Part shown: piece after piece, positions 48,234-56,516 of the stretch
Layout: each line of letters begins with the position of its first letter
How positions within the stretch are numbered: position 1 is the first letter of the stretch
Source of the DNA: an uncultured Pseudomonadota bacterium
GTDB taxonomy: Bacteria > Pseudomonadota > Alphaproteobacteria > RF32 > CAG-239
Reading direction: 5' to 3'
DNA length: 62,906 nt
Assembly (NCBI GenBank): GCA_949290295.1
Contig: CASERH010000009.1
Coordinates: 1-62,906, forward strand
Made by a program: the position numbers and the translations under genes
The notes under the pieces: model-generated
Databases searched by the model: none
What the model saw: only the letters and a program-made list of their open reading frames with translations
Told to the model about the DNA's origin: nothing

Positions 48234-48836
48234 ATGGGAATATATACTAATTCATTCGGAGAGACACCCGAAGAACAAGAAAAACGTCGCCAGCATTTAT
48301 ATCAAGTATACGATGCATCAGTTAAGAAAAACGAGCAACAGACAGCTTATAAAGATACCCCTCAAGATCAAATGACACGGGAAACAAATAATAATGAAAT
48401 AGGGAGTAAAAGTATACAACATAACAATAACTCAGCATTAAAAGAAAACACTACAAACAACATCCATAATTTTGCCTCTCAAATAAAAAACGCAGCAGAG
48501 GCTATGAGTAATGAATATTTTTTGATGCATAAGCATAATTATAAAAACTTAGATGATTATTATCATTGTAAGGCTAATTATAATGCGACGAAACAAGGAG
48601 TTTTTGGAAAAGCAACTTCTCATATTTTAGGCACGGGAAAGGAAGTTGTTGACTTAGTACGAAATACAACATATAAAAGAATGCCAATACAAAATGCCAT
48701 TAAAGACATGAACCATGATTTAAATATTAATCAAATAGGTAGAAATAGAGCTGATAAAAATATTGGTATTTCTGCCCAAGATGCGTGTGCGGATTTTAGA
48801 TGGAAAAATCCTAAATTACCAGAGGAATATTGGTGA
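48234..48836 (+). CDS. serum amyloid A (SAA)-like domain protein with an Asn/Gln-rich N-terminal region
   Basis: The C-terminal ~105 aa align without large gaps to vertebrate SAA from memory. MSNEYFLMHKHNYKNLDDYYHCKANYNATKQGVFG aligns with [42 protein letters not shown]...DFRWKNPKLPEEYW aligns with [23 protein letters not shown]. Confidence 0.7.
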   Translation: MGIYTNSFGETPEEQEKRRQHLYQVYDASVKKNEQQTAYKDTPQDQMTRETNNNEIGSKSIQHNNNSALKENTTNNIHNFASQIKNAAEAMSNEYFLMHKHNYKNLDDYYHCKANYNATKQGVFGKATSHILGTGKEVVDLVRNTTYKRMPIQNAIKDMNHDLNINQIGRNRADKNIGISAQDACADFRWKNPKLPEEYW

Positions 48837-48838
48837 AT

Positions 48839-49243
48839 ATGATATCAATAAGAAAAATTCTGAACATCATAGTTGTTATATTTCTGATAACTATCATGGT
48901 AACTCCGTTGTTGGGAGTTCTGTATATCTTTTTTAATGATAAAGGAGCCTGTTTGGAAACAGGAGGTGTTTGGGATGAAGAAGAAGGCCGTTGCCGACAA
49001 GATTGTTTGGTTTGGAACAAAAAATTCGGATGCATTGAATTAACAGCAGAACAAGTCAAAAAAATGGAAAGTTGTCGTTCAATAAATAAACATTGCCTTT
49101 CAATTGATGACTTTTTTGTTATTTGTCAAAACAACAACAAAGCTTGGAATTTAGATAACAAAAGTTGTCGTTTTGAGTTTAAAATATCTGAGTGTGGAAA
49201 GCTTTCAGGACATTGGCAATACCCTTCTTTATGTAAAGAGTAA
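48839..49243 (+). CDS. membrane-anchored Cys-rich protein
   Basis: An N-terminal TM helix (ILNIIVVIFLITIMVTPLLGVLYIFF) is followed by a ~100-aa domain with 10 Cys. Possible starts are ATG 48839, GTG 48833 or TTG 48830. It overlaps or abuts the SAA-like gene stop. Confidence 0.6.
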   Translation: MISIRKILNIIVVIFLITIMVTPLLGVLYIFFNDKGACLETGGVWDEEEGRCRQDCLVWNKKFGCIELTAEQVKKMESCRSINKHCLSIDDFFVICQNNNKAWNLDNKSCRFEFKISECGKLSGHWQYPSLCKE

Positions 49244-49268
49244 TAACATAATAAAGCATCAAACAAAG

Positions 49269-49307
49269 AGAGCATATCGGCGTTTTTTATAAAACGCCGA
49301 TATTTTT
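49269..49307 (+). terminator. right copy of the 18-nt repeat, forming a 13-bp-stem rho-independent terminator
   Basis: ATATCGGCGTTTT-ttat-AAAACGCCGATAT followed by a T-run. Confidence 0.8.
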
Positions 49308-49321
49308 ATGCGGAGAATCAG

Positions 49322-49546
49322 ATGTATTTCACCAAAGAGTGGACGGACAGCCTGCTGCTGCCCGACGGTTCGGTTGTTTCATCAAACGCCGGGCTTGACA
49401 GATATTTGCGGGACAACGATTTGTCCCTCTCACAAGATTATTCCGAGGCCTGGCTGCAACAGCGGCGTCGGCATAACGAAAAAGTTCAGAGAGAAGAGCT
49501 TTTCTCTGACTTCATTCATAATTATAAAAGGAGTATTTGGAAATGA
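49322..49546 (+). CDS. hypothetical phage protein (74 aa)
   Basis: SD (GGAG) plus ATG. Its stop overlaps the next start (ATGA). Confidence 0.5.
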   Translation: MYFTKEWTDSLLLPDGSVVSSNAGLDRYLRDNDLSLSQDYSEAWLQQRRRHNEKVQREELFSDFIHNYKRSIWK

Positions 49547-50208
49547 CCAGTGAACTAAGAAAAGAATTAGAACGTCAATATGACCGGGCAGTTGCTGAAG
49601 CCGCCAAAAAAGAGCAAGAGCAGCAAATTTGCCCACCGGAAGAAGATGAATTTTTGCTTCCGCCGCGGTCATATAAAAAAGAATATGCGGAATGCTTCAA
49701 GTCTCTTCCGCCCGAGATGCGCAGGTACCTGCATGAACGGGAGAGCGAGACCGAGAAAGGATTTTCGCGCTTAAATAATGAGCTCAACAATCGCCGCTGG
49801 TTGGATGATGCCTTCAGTGCTCGTTCTGCCAGATTAGGACGTTTGGGAATTTGCAAAGCCAAAGATTGGGTAGAAACCATGGCCAAAATAGATGACGACC
49901 TGGAAAAAGACCCGTTTGGCACCTTGCAAACTCTGGCCAAAGCTTATGGCGTTCATTTGGGAGCCCCCATCCAACCAACCGCAGCAGTAGATGTTGCGCC
50001 ATTGTTGGAACGGCTTGAGGAGCTAAACAGCAAATTCAGCCGTTTTGTAGACGAGTTCAGAGCCAAAACCATAGAGGAAGAGCAGATTGCCGAGAGCAAA
50101 AAAGCCAAAGAAGCTTCGTTTTCTCCCAAAGGCAAAAACTCCAACCGTGATTTATCCAAACTCACCACGCGTGAGGTTTTGGAGCTAAAGTTGGCAGACT
50201 ACGAATAA
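49543..50208 (+). CDS. scaffolding-like protein
   Basis: ~221 aa, highly charged and helical, immediately upstream of the capsid-like gene. An SD (AAAGGAG) lies 9 nt upstream of the ATG at 49543. Confidence 0.5.
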   Translation: MTSELRKELERQYDRAVAEAAKKEQEQQICPPEEDEFLLPPRSYKKEYAECFKSLPPEMRRYLHERESETEKGFSRLNNELNNRRWLDDAFSARSARLGRLGICKAKDWVETMAKIDDDLEKDPFGTLQTLAKAYGVHLGAPIQPTAAVDVAPLLERLEELNSKFSRFVDEFRAKTIEEEQIAESKKAKEASFSPKGKNSNRDLSKLTTREVLELKLADYE

Positions 50209-50254
50209 GTCTTTTGATTTTTTAACCCTAAATTTTTAAGTAAAAGGAAAATAA

Positions 50255-51226
50255 ATGTCTAATCCTGATTTTGATGATGTCTTAACATCGACGATTGCCA
50301 GCCGCTCAGGTCAGTTGGCTGACAATATGACAAACAACAACGCTCTTTTGCGTCGCCTAAAGAGCAAAGGAAAAATCCGTCCGATTTCAGGCGGTTCCAA
50401 AATTGTGGAAGAGCTGGAGTACGGCGAAGGAGATCTGACCTGGTATTCAGGTTATGATACCATTGAATACACGCCCAAACAGTTGTTTACGGCGGCAGAA
50501 TATAGCCTCAAACTCTGTGCGGTTCCGGTAGCCATTTCCGGTGAGGATCTTTTGAAGAACTCCGGCAAAGAACGTATTGTTGATCTTTTTGAGAAACGTG
50601 TAGAAAACGCCATCAAGACCATCGGCAACAAAATGTCTGCCGCCATCTACAGCGATGGTACCGGTTCTTCCGGTAAGGAGATTGGCGGTTTGGCCTTGTT
50701 GGTAGCCGATACCCCGACCACCGGTACTGTTGGCGGCATTAACCGTGCCACAGCAGGCAATGAGTTTTGGAGAAACAAATCCACCCAAATGACCGAGGCC
50801 TTGAGCACCGACAACATCCACGCCGCTATGGATAAGATGTATATGTCTCTCTGCCGCGGAACCGACAAACCCGATTTGATTATCTGCAACAACGACATTT
50901 ACGGCATCTATGAAGCAACATTGTTGCCGCAGCAGCGTTATTCAGACAACAAATTGGCTGACGCCGGTTTCACCAGCATCAAGTTCAAAGGAGCAGATTT
51001 GATTTGTGACGGCGGCCAAAACGGTCATTGCCCGAATGATAAGATTTACTTCCTTAATACTGACTATTTGTATCTGCGTCCGCACAAAGACAGAGATATG
51101 AAAGTCATCGGCGGTGAGCGTATGGCAGTTAACCAAGATGCTTTGTATAAGATTATCGGTTGGGCAGGCAACATGACCATGTCCAATGCCTCTTTGCAAG
51201 GTGTTCTGATTAACAAGACAGCCTAG
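50255..51226 (+). CDS. major capsid protein (putative)
   Basis: 323 aa, following the scaffold-like gene and followed by two terminators. It has good codon usage. Called from position and size, with no confirmed motif. Confidence 0.6.
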   Translation: MSNPDFDDVLTSTIASRSGQLADNMTNNNALLRRLKSKGKIRPISGGSKIVEELEYGEGDLTWYSGYDTIEYTPKQLFTAAEYSLKLCAVPVAISGEDLLKNSGKERIVDLFEKRVENAIKTIGNKMSAAIYSDGTGSSGKEIGGLALLVADTPTTGTVGGINRATAGNEFWRNKSTQMTEALSTDNIHAAMDKMYMSLCRGTDKPDLIICNNDIYGIYEATLLPQQRYSDNKLADAGFTSIKFKGADLICDGGQNGHCPNDKIYFLNTDYLYLRPHKDRDMKVIGGERMAVNQDALYKIIGWAGNMTMSNASLQGVLINKTA

Positions 51227-51240
51227 GACTCATAAAAATT

Positions 51241-51276
51241 CGTGCCGTTGAGGAAACTTAGCGGCACGAGCTTTTT
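51241..51276 (+). terminator. rho-independent terminator after the capsid gene
   Basis: CGTGCCG-N14-CGGCACG then AGCTTTTT. Confidence 0.7.
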
Positions 51277-51354
51277 CTTGTAAAATATATTTTTCAAAAA
51301 ATCATTATACATACATACCTCCATAGAAGTTGATGACAAAATAATTGAACATAA

Positions 51355-51389
51355 GCCCGGTAGCTAAATAAGAGCGCCGGGCATTTTTT
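51355..51389 (+). terminator. second hairpin plus T-run ~80 nt downstream
   Basis: GCCCGG-N16-CCGGGC then ATTTTTT. Confidence 0.55.
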
Positions 51390-51413
51390 ATTTATAACAG
51401 AAAGGAAAGAATT

Positions 51414-51971
51414 ATGGACATGGATTTTCCCGCATTTGAGTATTTGGCTCGCAGCACTAAACCGGAAGAAGGGGTTTGCGCCCGCTTTTATGACCGCAGC
51501 ATCAAAACCGATAAAATAGATGCACACGGGTTTCCGATTTTTGAAAATGTGTGTTTCTGCGAGATACGCATAAGAGATAACAACTCCGAGATTTTTGACC
51601 AGCCGGCCACGGAAGAAAAGATAAAACGTTTTCCGGTTGAATATGCCAGATACCAACTGGCCAAAAAACAGGCACAAACCGGCACGCCGCTGGAGCAGTT
51701 TGCCTTTTTGAGCCTGGCAGAGGTAGATTCCTTAAAAAGCCGCGGCATTTTTACGGTAGAGGCCTTGAGCGAGATGGATATGGCTAGGGCTGAAAACTTA
51801 GGCATCAGCCGCGAGAAAGAATTGGCGGATAAATTCATGCAACAGGCCTCCGGCAACAAAGGGCTGGTGGCTTGGCAAGAGACTGAAGATAGGTACAAAA
51901 CCAAGATAAAGAAACTGGAAGCAGAGGTAAGAAATTTGCGCGCAGCACTTAAAAAAGGAGAACAGGAATGA
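51414..51971 (+). CDS. hypothetical virion-associated protein (185 aa)
   Basis: Intact ORF in the structural block with a C-terminal coiled coil. ATGA overlap with the next gene. Confidence 0.5.
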   Translation: MDMDFPAFEYLARSTKPEEGVCARFYDRSIKTDKIDAHGFPIFENVCFCEIRIRDNNSEIFDQPATEEKIKRFPVEYARYQLAKKQAQTGTPLEQFAFLSLAEVDSLKSRGIFTVEALSEMDMARAENLGISREKELADKFMQQASGNKGLVAWQETEDRYKTKIKKLEAEVRNLRAALKKGEQE

Positions 51972-52687
51972 AGAATATCTTACAAATTTGCCAAGAGGCT
52001 GCCAGTTTGGTCGCCACTCAAAAGCCACAAGACTTGTTCAATGAAGACAGCCAACAAGAGGCCATATTTTTAAGCGTTGCCAAAGACACGTTAGACAGCC
52101 TTTTAAGATATGGAGATTGGCAGGAACTGACCAGAGAAGGAGAAATCAGAACCATAGAGGGAAAGACAAATTATCTGTTGGCGGATTATTGTCCTGATTT
52201 TTATAGCCTGATAAATAACACGGTTTTCATCAAAGACACTGCAGAAAAAGTTGTCGGCGCCATCACACCGGAGCAGTGGATGAGAGAAAAGTATTTCAAT
52301 GTTCCCTCTCTTGATTTGAAGTTTAAAATACAAAACGGAATGTTCAAGTTTTTAACACCGCCGCCGGGAAATTTGCGCATTGTTTTTCAGTATCGCTCGG
52401 CCGGCATTGTTTATGAAGGCGGTGGTGATTTTTGCGGAGAAGAAAAATCTGTTTTAAGCAAAAATACGGATATCCCGGTTTTTGATGAATATTTGGTCAA
52501 AAAAGGCATTGTTTGGCGTTGGTATCGCCGCAACGGCATGCCCTATGAAGAAGAATACAATGAATATGAGCGAGAAGTAAAAAATCGTTTTGCCTCCGGG
52601 CTGGCAACCAAAGATATCAATCTGGCTGCCGGAATTTATGATGGCAGATTAGAAGGAGTGGTAATCAATGCAGCAAAGAGCAACTAA
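51968..52687 (+). CDS. hypothetical virion protein (239 aa; head-tail adaptor-sized)
   Basis: Translationally coupled on both sides. No motif recognised. Confidence 0.5.
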   Translation: MKNILQICQEAASLVATQKPQDLFNEDSQQEAIFLSVAKDTLDSLLRYGDWQELTREGEIRTIEGKTNYLLADYCPDFYSLINNTVFIKDTAEKVVGAITPEQWMREKYFNVPSLDLKFKIQNGMFKFLTPPPGNLRIVFQYRSAGIVYEGGGDFCGEEKSVLSKNTDIPVFDEYLVKKGIVWRWYRRNGMPYEEEYNEYEREVKNRFASGLATKDINLAAGIYDGRLEGVVINAAKSN

Positions 52688-54218
52688 CCGAGGCAACACC
52701 TCCACCAACTATACTTTGCCGGCGCCGATCGGCGGCCTAAACGTGAGAGACAGCCTTGACACGATGGATGAAAAAGATGCCATTGTGATGGATAATTATC
52801 TTCCGACAGAAACTAAGGTTGTGCTGCGTAAGGGGTATACCTCTTATGCCGTGCTGGGGGCCAAAATACACACGCTGATAGAGTATAAGAAGCCATCATA
52901 TGAGCGTTTTTTTGCCTGCGGCGGTGGCAAGGTGTGGAATATCAGCAGTAAGGAAAACGTAGAAGAAATAGCCTCAGGCTTTAACAATAATGATTGGCAA
53001 TATTGCCAGTTTAAGGACCGTTTGATTTTTGTTAACGGCTATGATAAACCGCAGACTTTTTATGTAAGTGATGGCGAGGAACATTGGGAAGAAGCCACAT
53101 TTGAGGGTAGTAATTTGTCATCACAAAAACTTATCAATGTAACGGTGAGCAAGCAACGCTTATTTTTTGTGGAGAAAGGTACTCTTTCTGCCTGGTATAG
53201 CCAAGGCGCAGGAGAAGTGCAGGGAACGCTGGTAAAATTTGATTTATCAGCAATTTTCAAAAAAGGTGGAGAGCTTTTAGCCGTAGCTTGTTGGACACAA
53301 GATGCCGGCCAAGGCATGGATGACTTAACCGTGTTTATCACCAGCGAGGGAGAGGTGGCGGTTTACACCGGCAATGATCCTGGTGATGCCTCAGATTGGA
53401 GTTTAAGAGGAGTTTATCAGATGAGCAGGCCGATAGGCTATCGTTGTACCATGCAATATCAAGGAGATATTGTGATTATTTCGGAAGACGGTTATATCCC
53501 GATGTCAAAAGCCTTGTCATTGGATAAAGCCAATGCCTCGCAAGTTTCGTTTTCAGACAAGATAAGAGGACTTGTGCTGGAGCGCACCAAGAACGGCCGC
53601 AATAAATTTGGTTGGCAGTCGGTTATTTATGGGCGTGGCGGATATGCCGTTTTTAATGTTCCGGTGTCAGAACAGTTTGAGCAACACGTTGTCAATGTTA
53701 ACACGGGAGCTTGGTGCAGATTTACGAACATCAGAGCTTTTTGTTGGGGATTATTTCAAAATCGACTATACTTTGGTTCGGATGAAGGTGTTTTTCTGTT
53801 TGATGAAGGCTATGCAGACAATGGTACCCATATTTGCGGTGTGGTTGAGCAGGCTTACAGCAATTTGGGCAATCCGAATTTAAAAAGGATACAACTAATA
53901 AATCCACGGACCAAGTCATCAGTAAAATATGCTTTGGTGGTGTATACCAACATGGATTTTGACAGCCAAGATAAAGCCTATGCAGAAAATATAGGGACAG
54001 TAGGAATAACCAAGTGGGATAAGGTTAAGTGGAGCTCGCTTGCCAAGCCGATAGGAACCAAATGGGCCACCTTGAAAGGTAAAATCCGCTCGCAGTGGAT
54101 AGGTAATTCGGCCACCGGTTTTAAGGCCAGTGTAGTTTTTAAGACCAAGACCAGAGGCAATTTGATAGAATGGTACGATACGGGGTTTCGCTATGAACAA
54201 GGAAGCAGCATCTTGTAA
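52668..54218 (+). CDS. hypothetical virion protein (516 aa; tail-hub/nozzle-sized)
   Basis: A large ORF at the position where podoviruses encode tail tube/hub proteins. No motif recognised. Confidence 0.5.
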   Translation: MQQRATNRGNTSTNYTLPAPIGGLNVRDSLDTMDEKDAIVMDNYLPTETKVVLRKGYTSYAVLGAKIHTLIEYKKPSYERFFACGGGKVWNISSKENVEEIASGFNNNDWQYCQFKDRLIFVNGYDKPQTFYVSDGEEHWEEATFEGSNLSSQKLINVTVSKQRLFFVEKGTLSAWYSQGAGEVQGTLVKFDLSAIFKKGGELLAVACWTQDAGQGMDDLTVFITSEGEVAVYTGNDPGDASDWSLRGVYQMSRPIGYRCTMQYQGDIVIISEDGYIPMSKALSLDKANASQVSFSDKIRGLVLERTKNGRNKFGWQSVIYGRGGYAVFNVPVSEQFEQHVVNVNTGAWCRFTNIRAFCWGLFQNRLYFGSDEGVFLFDEGYADNGTHICGVVEQAYSNLGNPNLKRIQLINPRTKSSVKYALVVYTNMDFDSQDKAYAENIGTVGITKWDKVKWSSLAKPIGTKWATLKGKIRSQWIGNSATGFKASVVFKTKTRGNLIEWYDTGFRYEQGSSIL

Positions 54219-54624
54219 TGTTATTTTTGATAAGAATGACGTCATCACCAACTGGGTGTGTGATAATTTAAAAAGTGGCAATAAATGGTTAGGAGAGCAC
54301 TTAACCATAGGCTTTACACTGGGAGATAGATTAATCGGCGGGCTGATTTATCATGATTGCCGTATGGGACACGATGTCTGGTGGACGATTTATACGAATG
54401 ATAAACATTGGTGCACCAGAAAGATACTTCGTTTTATTTTTTCGGTAGCCTTTGATTATTTAGGCTGTCGGCGTATAAGCATTTTAACCAACGTAAATAA
54501 CAAGGAGTGCTTAAAATTGGTTTCAAAACTAGGTTTTAGGCAAGAAGGTCTGCTCAAAGAATATGATGATGATGGCAGCGATGTTGCCGTCATGGCTTTA
54601 CATAAACAATTTTCAAAATTTTAA
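54193..54624 (+). CDS. GNAT-family N-acetyltransferase-like protein
   Basis: 143 aa. The central segment ...ILRFIFSVAFDYLGCRRISILTNVNNKECLKLVSKLGFRQEG resembles the GNAT acetyl-CoA-binding core. Confidence 0.55.
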   Translation: MNKEAASCNVIFDKNDVITNWVCDNLKSGNKWLGEHLTIGFTLGDRLIGGLIYHDCRMGHDVWWTIYTNDKHWCTRKILRFIFSVAFDYLGCRRISILTNVNNKECLKLVSKLGFRQEGLLKEYDDDGSDVAVMALHKQFSKF

Positions 54625-54634
54625 GGAGAAAAGA

Positions 54635-55507
54635 ATGTCAAAAAGTGTGGGAAAATTACTCGGTGTTGGTAATGCCAAAACCGGTTATTACGGATCAGAA
54701 CAAGATGTACTTAATTATTTGGATAATTACGATACATCGCAAACAGACAGTGCCTATAACAACATGGCAACGCTTGGCAATCAGATGACAACCGAGTTGT
54801 CTAATCGCCCTGGCTATGTCTATTCGGTGAATGGTTCAGATGATGCGGCCAGAAGAGCAGAAACCGCAACCTACCAAAGTGCAGTGAGCCAAATTACACC
54901 TCAGTTTGACAGCCGCCGCCGACAGCTGGAAACTCAGTTGCAAAATCAGGGCTTGTCCGTTGGCAGTGAGGCCTACCAAAGCGCCATGAATAATCTGGAG
55001 CAACAGCAAAATGACGCTTATACGCAGGCAGCTTATCAGGCTATTCAGCAGGGACAAAATGCTTATACCAATAGCCTGAATAATCAGATTGCGGCCGGAA
55101 ATTTCCAGAATTCGGCACAGATTTTGCCTGTTAATGAGATATTGAGTTTGCTTTCAAACAGCAAGAGCGGCTACGATGTTGCAATGGATAAATATAACGT
55201 TGCCAACAAGGCAGATTTAAGAAGCTCTGCCGCCAGTGAGGCCAATGCCGATGCCAGAAACTCGGCTGGTTGGAATATTATCAATACCGGACTAGGGGCT
55301 CTGTTTTCAGATGAGGACTTGAAAGAAAATATCATAGAAGTCGGACGTTTGTATAACGGCTTGAAAGTATATTTATTCACTTATCGCGGAGATACGGTAC
55401 CACATATCGGCCTGCTGGCTCAGGAGGTTGTGCAAGTGCGTCCCGAGGCAGTAAGTGTTGAGAAAAACGGCTATATGAAAGTAAATTATGCTCTTGCTTG
55501 CCGTTAA
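54635..55507 (+). CDS. tail/fiber-associated protein with a C-terminal S74 intramolecular-chaperone autoprocessing domain
   Basis: C-terminal SDEDLKENI...VYLFTYRGDTVPHIGLLAQEVVQVRPEAV...GYMKVNY matches the Peptidase_S74 pattern. The middle is Gln/Asn-rich and helical. SD (AAGGAG) upstream of the ATG at 54635. Confidence 0.65.
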   Translation: MSKSVGKLLGVGNAKTGYYGSEQDVLNYLDNYDTSQTDSAYNNMATLGNQMTTELSNRPGYVYSVNGSDDAARRAETATYQSAVSQITPQFDSRRRQLETQLQNQGLSVGSEAYQSAMNNLEQQQNDAYTQAAYQAIQQGQNAYTNSLNNQIAAGNFQNSAQILPVNEILSLLSNSKSGYDVAMDKYNVANKADLRSSAASEANADARNSAGWNIINTGLGALFSDEDLKENIIEVGRLYNGLKVYLFTYRGDTVPHIGLLAQEVVQVRPEAVSVEKNGYMKVNYALACR

Positions 55508-55582
55508 TTTTTGATTTGACAGCAACCTAAAGGAGATTATACTCAAATCATATTTGCAAGAGTTTCAAAATAGGAGCAGGTC

Positions 55583-55963
55583 ATGACATATATCTTTGCA
55601 GAGCTATTGGGCAGCTTGGCCTTAAGTGGTATTATCCGTGCGTTGATATTGTATTTATATAAAAAATATGATGGAAAATCACATTGGGTAATAGCTAACC
55701 TAAGTACGGCAATTTTGCGTACTTTGTTTGTGGTGCCGAGATTGCTGAGCAGCCCATATGTTGTGCTGGATATATCAGTTATGCTTGTAATTTATTTTTT
55801 GGAACAGCTGGTATGGTTTTTATATGACTATATCCAACAGCGCCGAGGCAATAAAGCAGCCGGCTGGGGCCTGATATTTGGCATTATCATCGGCGGTGTC
55901 TTGTGGTTGTTTGTTTTAAGACTGCTTACTTTTTATATAAGCAGCCTGTTCATGTCTATCTAG
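55583..55963 (+). CDS. small multi-pass membrane protein (holin-like or immunity)
   Basis: 126 aa with 3-4 predicted TM helices, upstream of the spanin pair. Confidence 0.5.
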   Translation: MTYIFAELLGSLALSGIIRALILYLYKKYDGKSHWVIANLSTAILRTLFVVPRLLSSPYVVLDISVMLVIYFLEQLVWFLYDYIQQRRGNKAAGWGLIFGIIIGGVLWLFVLRLLTFYISSLFMSI

Positions 55964-56153
55964 ATTGTACATAAGCTAAATAATAGCTGTCGAGCTGAGG
56001 TTCGGCGGCTTTTTTATAAGAGGAAAAAATGCTCAAAAAGTATAGATTAGCTATATTTTCCGTAGGGCTGATAATATTATCCATAGTTTCTCTCCTAAAG
56101 CCCGAGGCGGCAGAAAATGTCGCCCGGGCATTTTTATTATTATGGGGGATGGG

Positions 56154-56351
56154 ATGATAAAAAAAATATTATTGGTCACGATGCTATGCGTAGTCAGTTA
56201 TGCTTTGGGACGCTCACAGGCCAAAGAGGAAATCATTACCAAGCAGGTGGAGGTAATCAAATATGTTGAGAAAGAAAAAGCCAAGATACATTCTCGTCCT
56301 AACGCTGACAGGTCTGCTTTGCTTGCTCTCATGTACTCCGACAAAATGTAA
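56154..56351 (+). CDS. i-spanin (Rz-like)
   Basis: An N-terminal TM (ILLVTMLCVVSYAL) is followed by a charged helical domain. It overlaps the lipoprotein gene in another frame. ATG at 56154 (alternative at 56142). Confidence 0.6.
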   Translation: MIKKILLVTMLCVVSYALGRSQAKEEIITKQVEVIKYVEKEKAKIHSRPNADRSALLALMYSDKM

Positions 56352-56493
56352 TCATATTTGTCCGGCGTATCCGATAGCCGGCAGCAAAGTGGCAAGAGAG
56401 CTGGAACGAGCAAGCGGAGAAGAATACCCCAACACCTGGGAGTGGTTGGGAAGAATAGATAAACTGCGACAAGAGCTGGAGCTTTGTCGCTAA
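56263..56493 (+). CDS. o-spanin (Rz1-like lipoprotein)
   Basis: Lipobox LTGLLCLLS-C after a basic N-terminus. It starts inside the i-spanin gene, giving an overlapped spanin architecture. Confidence 0.65.
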   Translation: MLRKKKPRYILVLTLTGLLCLLSCTPTKCNHICPAYPIAGSKVARELERASGEEYPNTWEWLGRIDKLRQELELCR

Positions 56494-56516
56494 TTTTTTA
56501 ATATAAGGAGAAAAAA

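Noticed and set aside
56028-56045. Apparent small membrane-protein ORF in the gap upstream of the spanin genes.
   Set aside because: Careful reading across the line break shows atg ctc aaa aag tta tag, a stop after five codons. It is not a gene.
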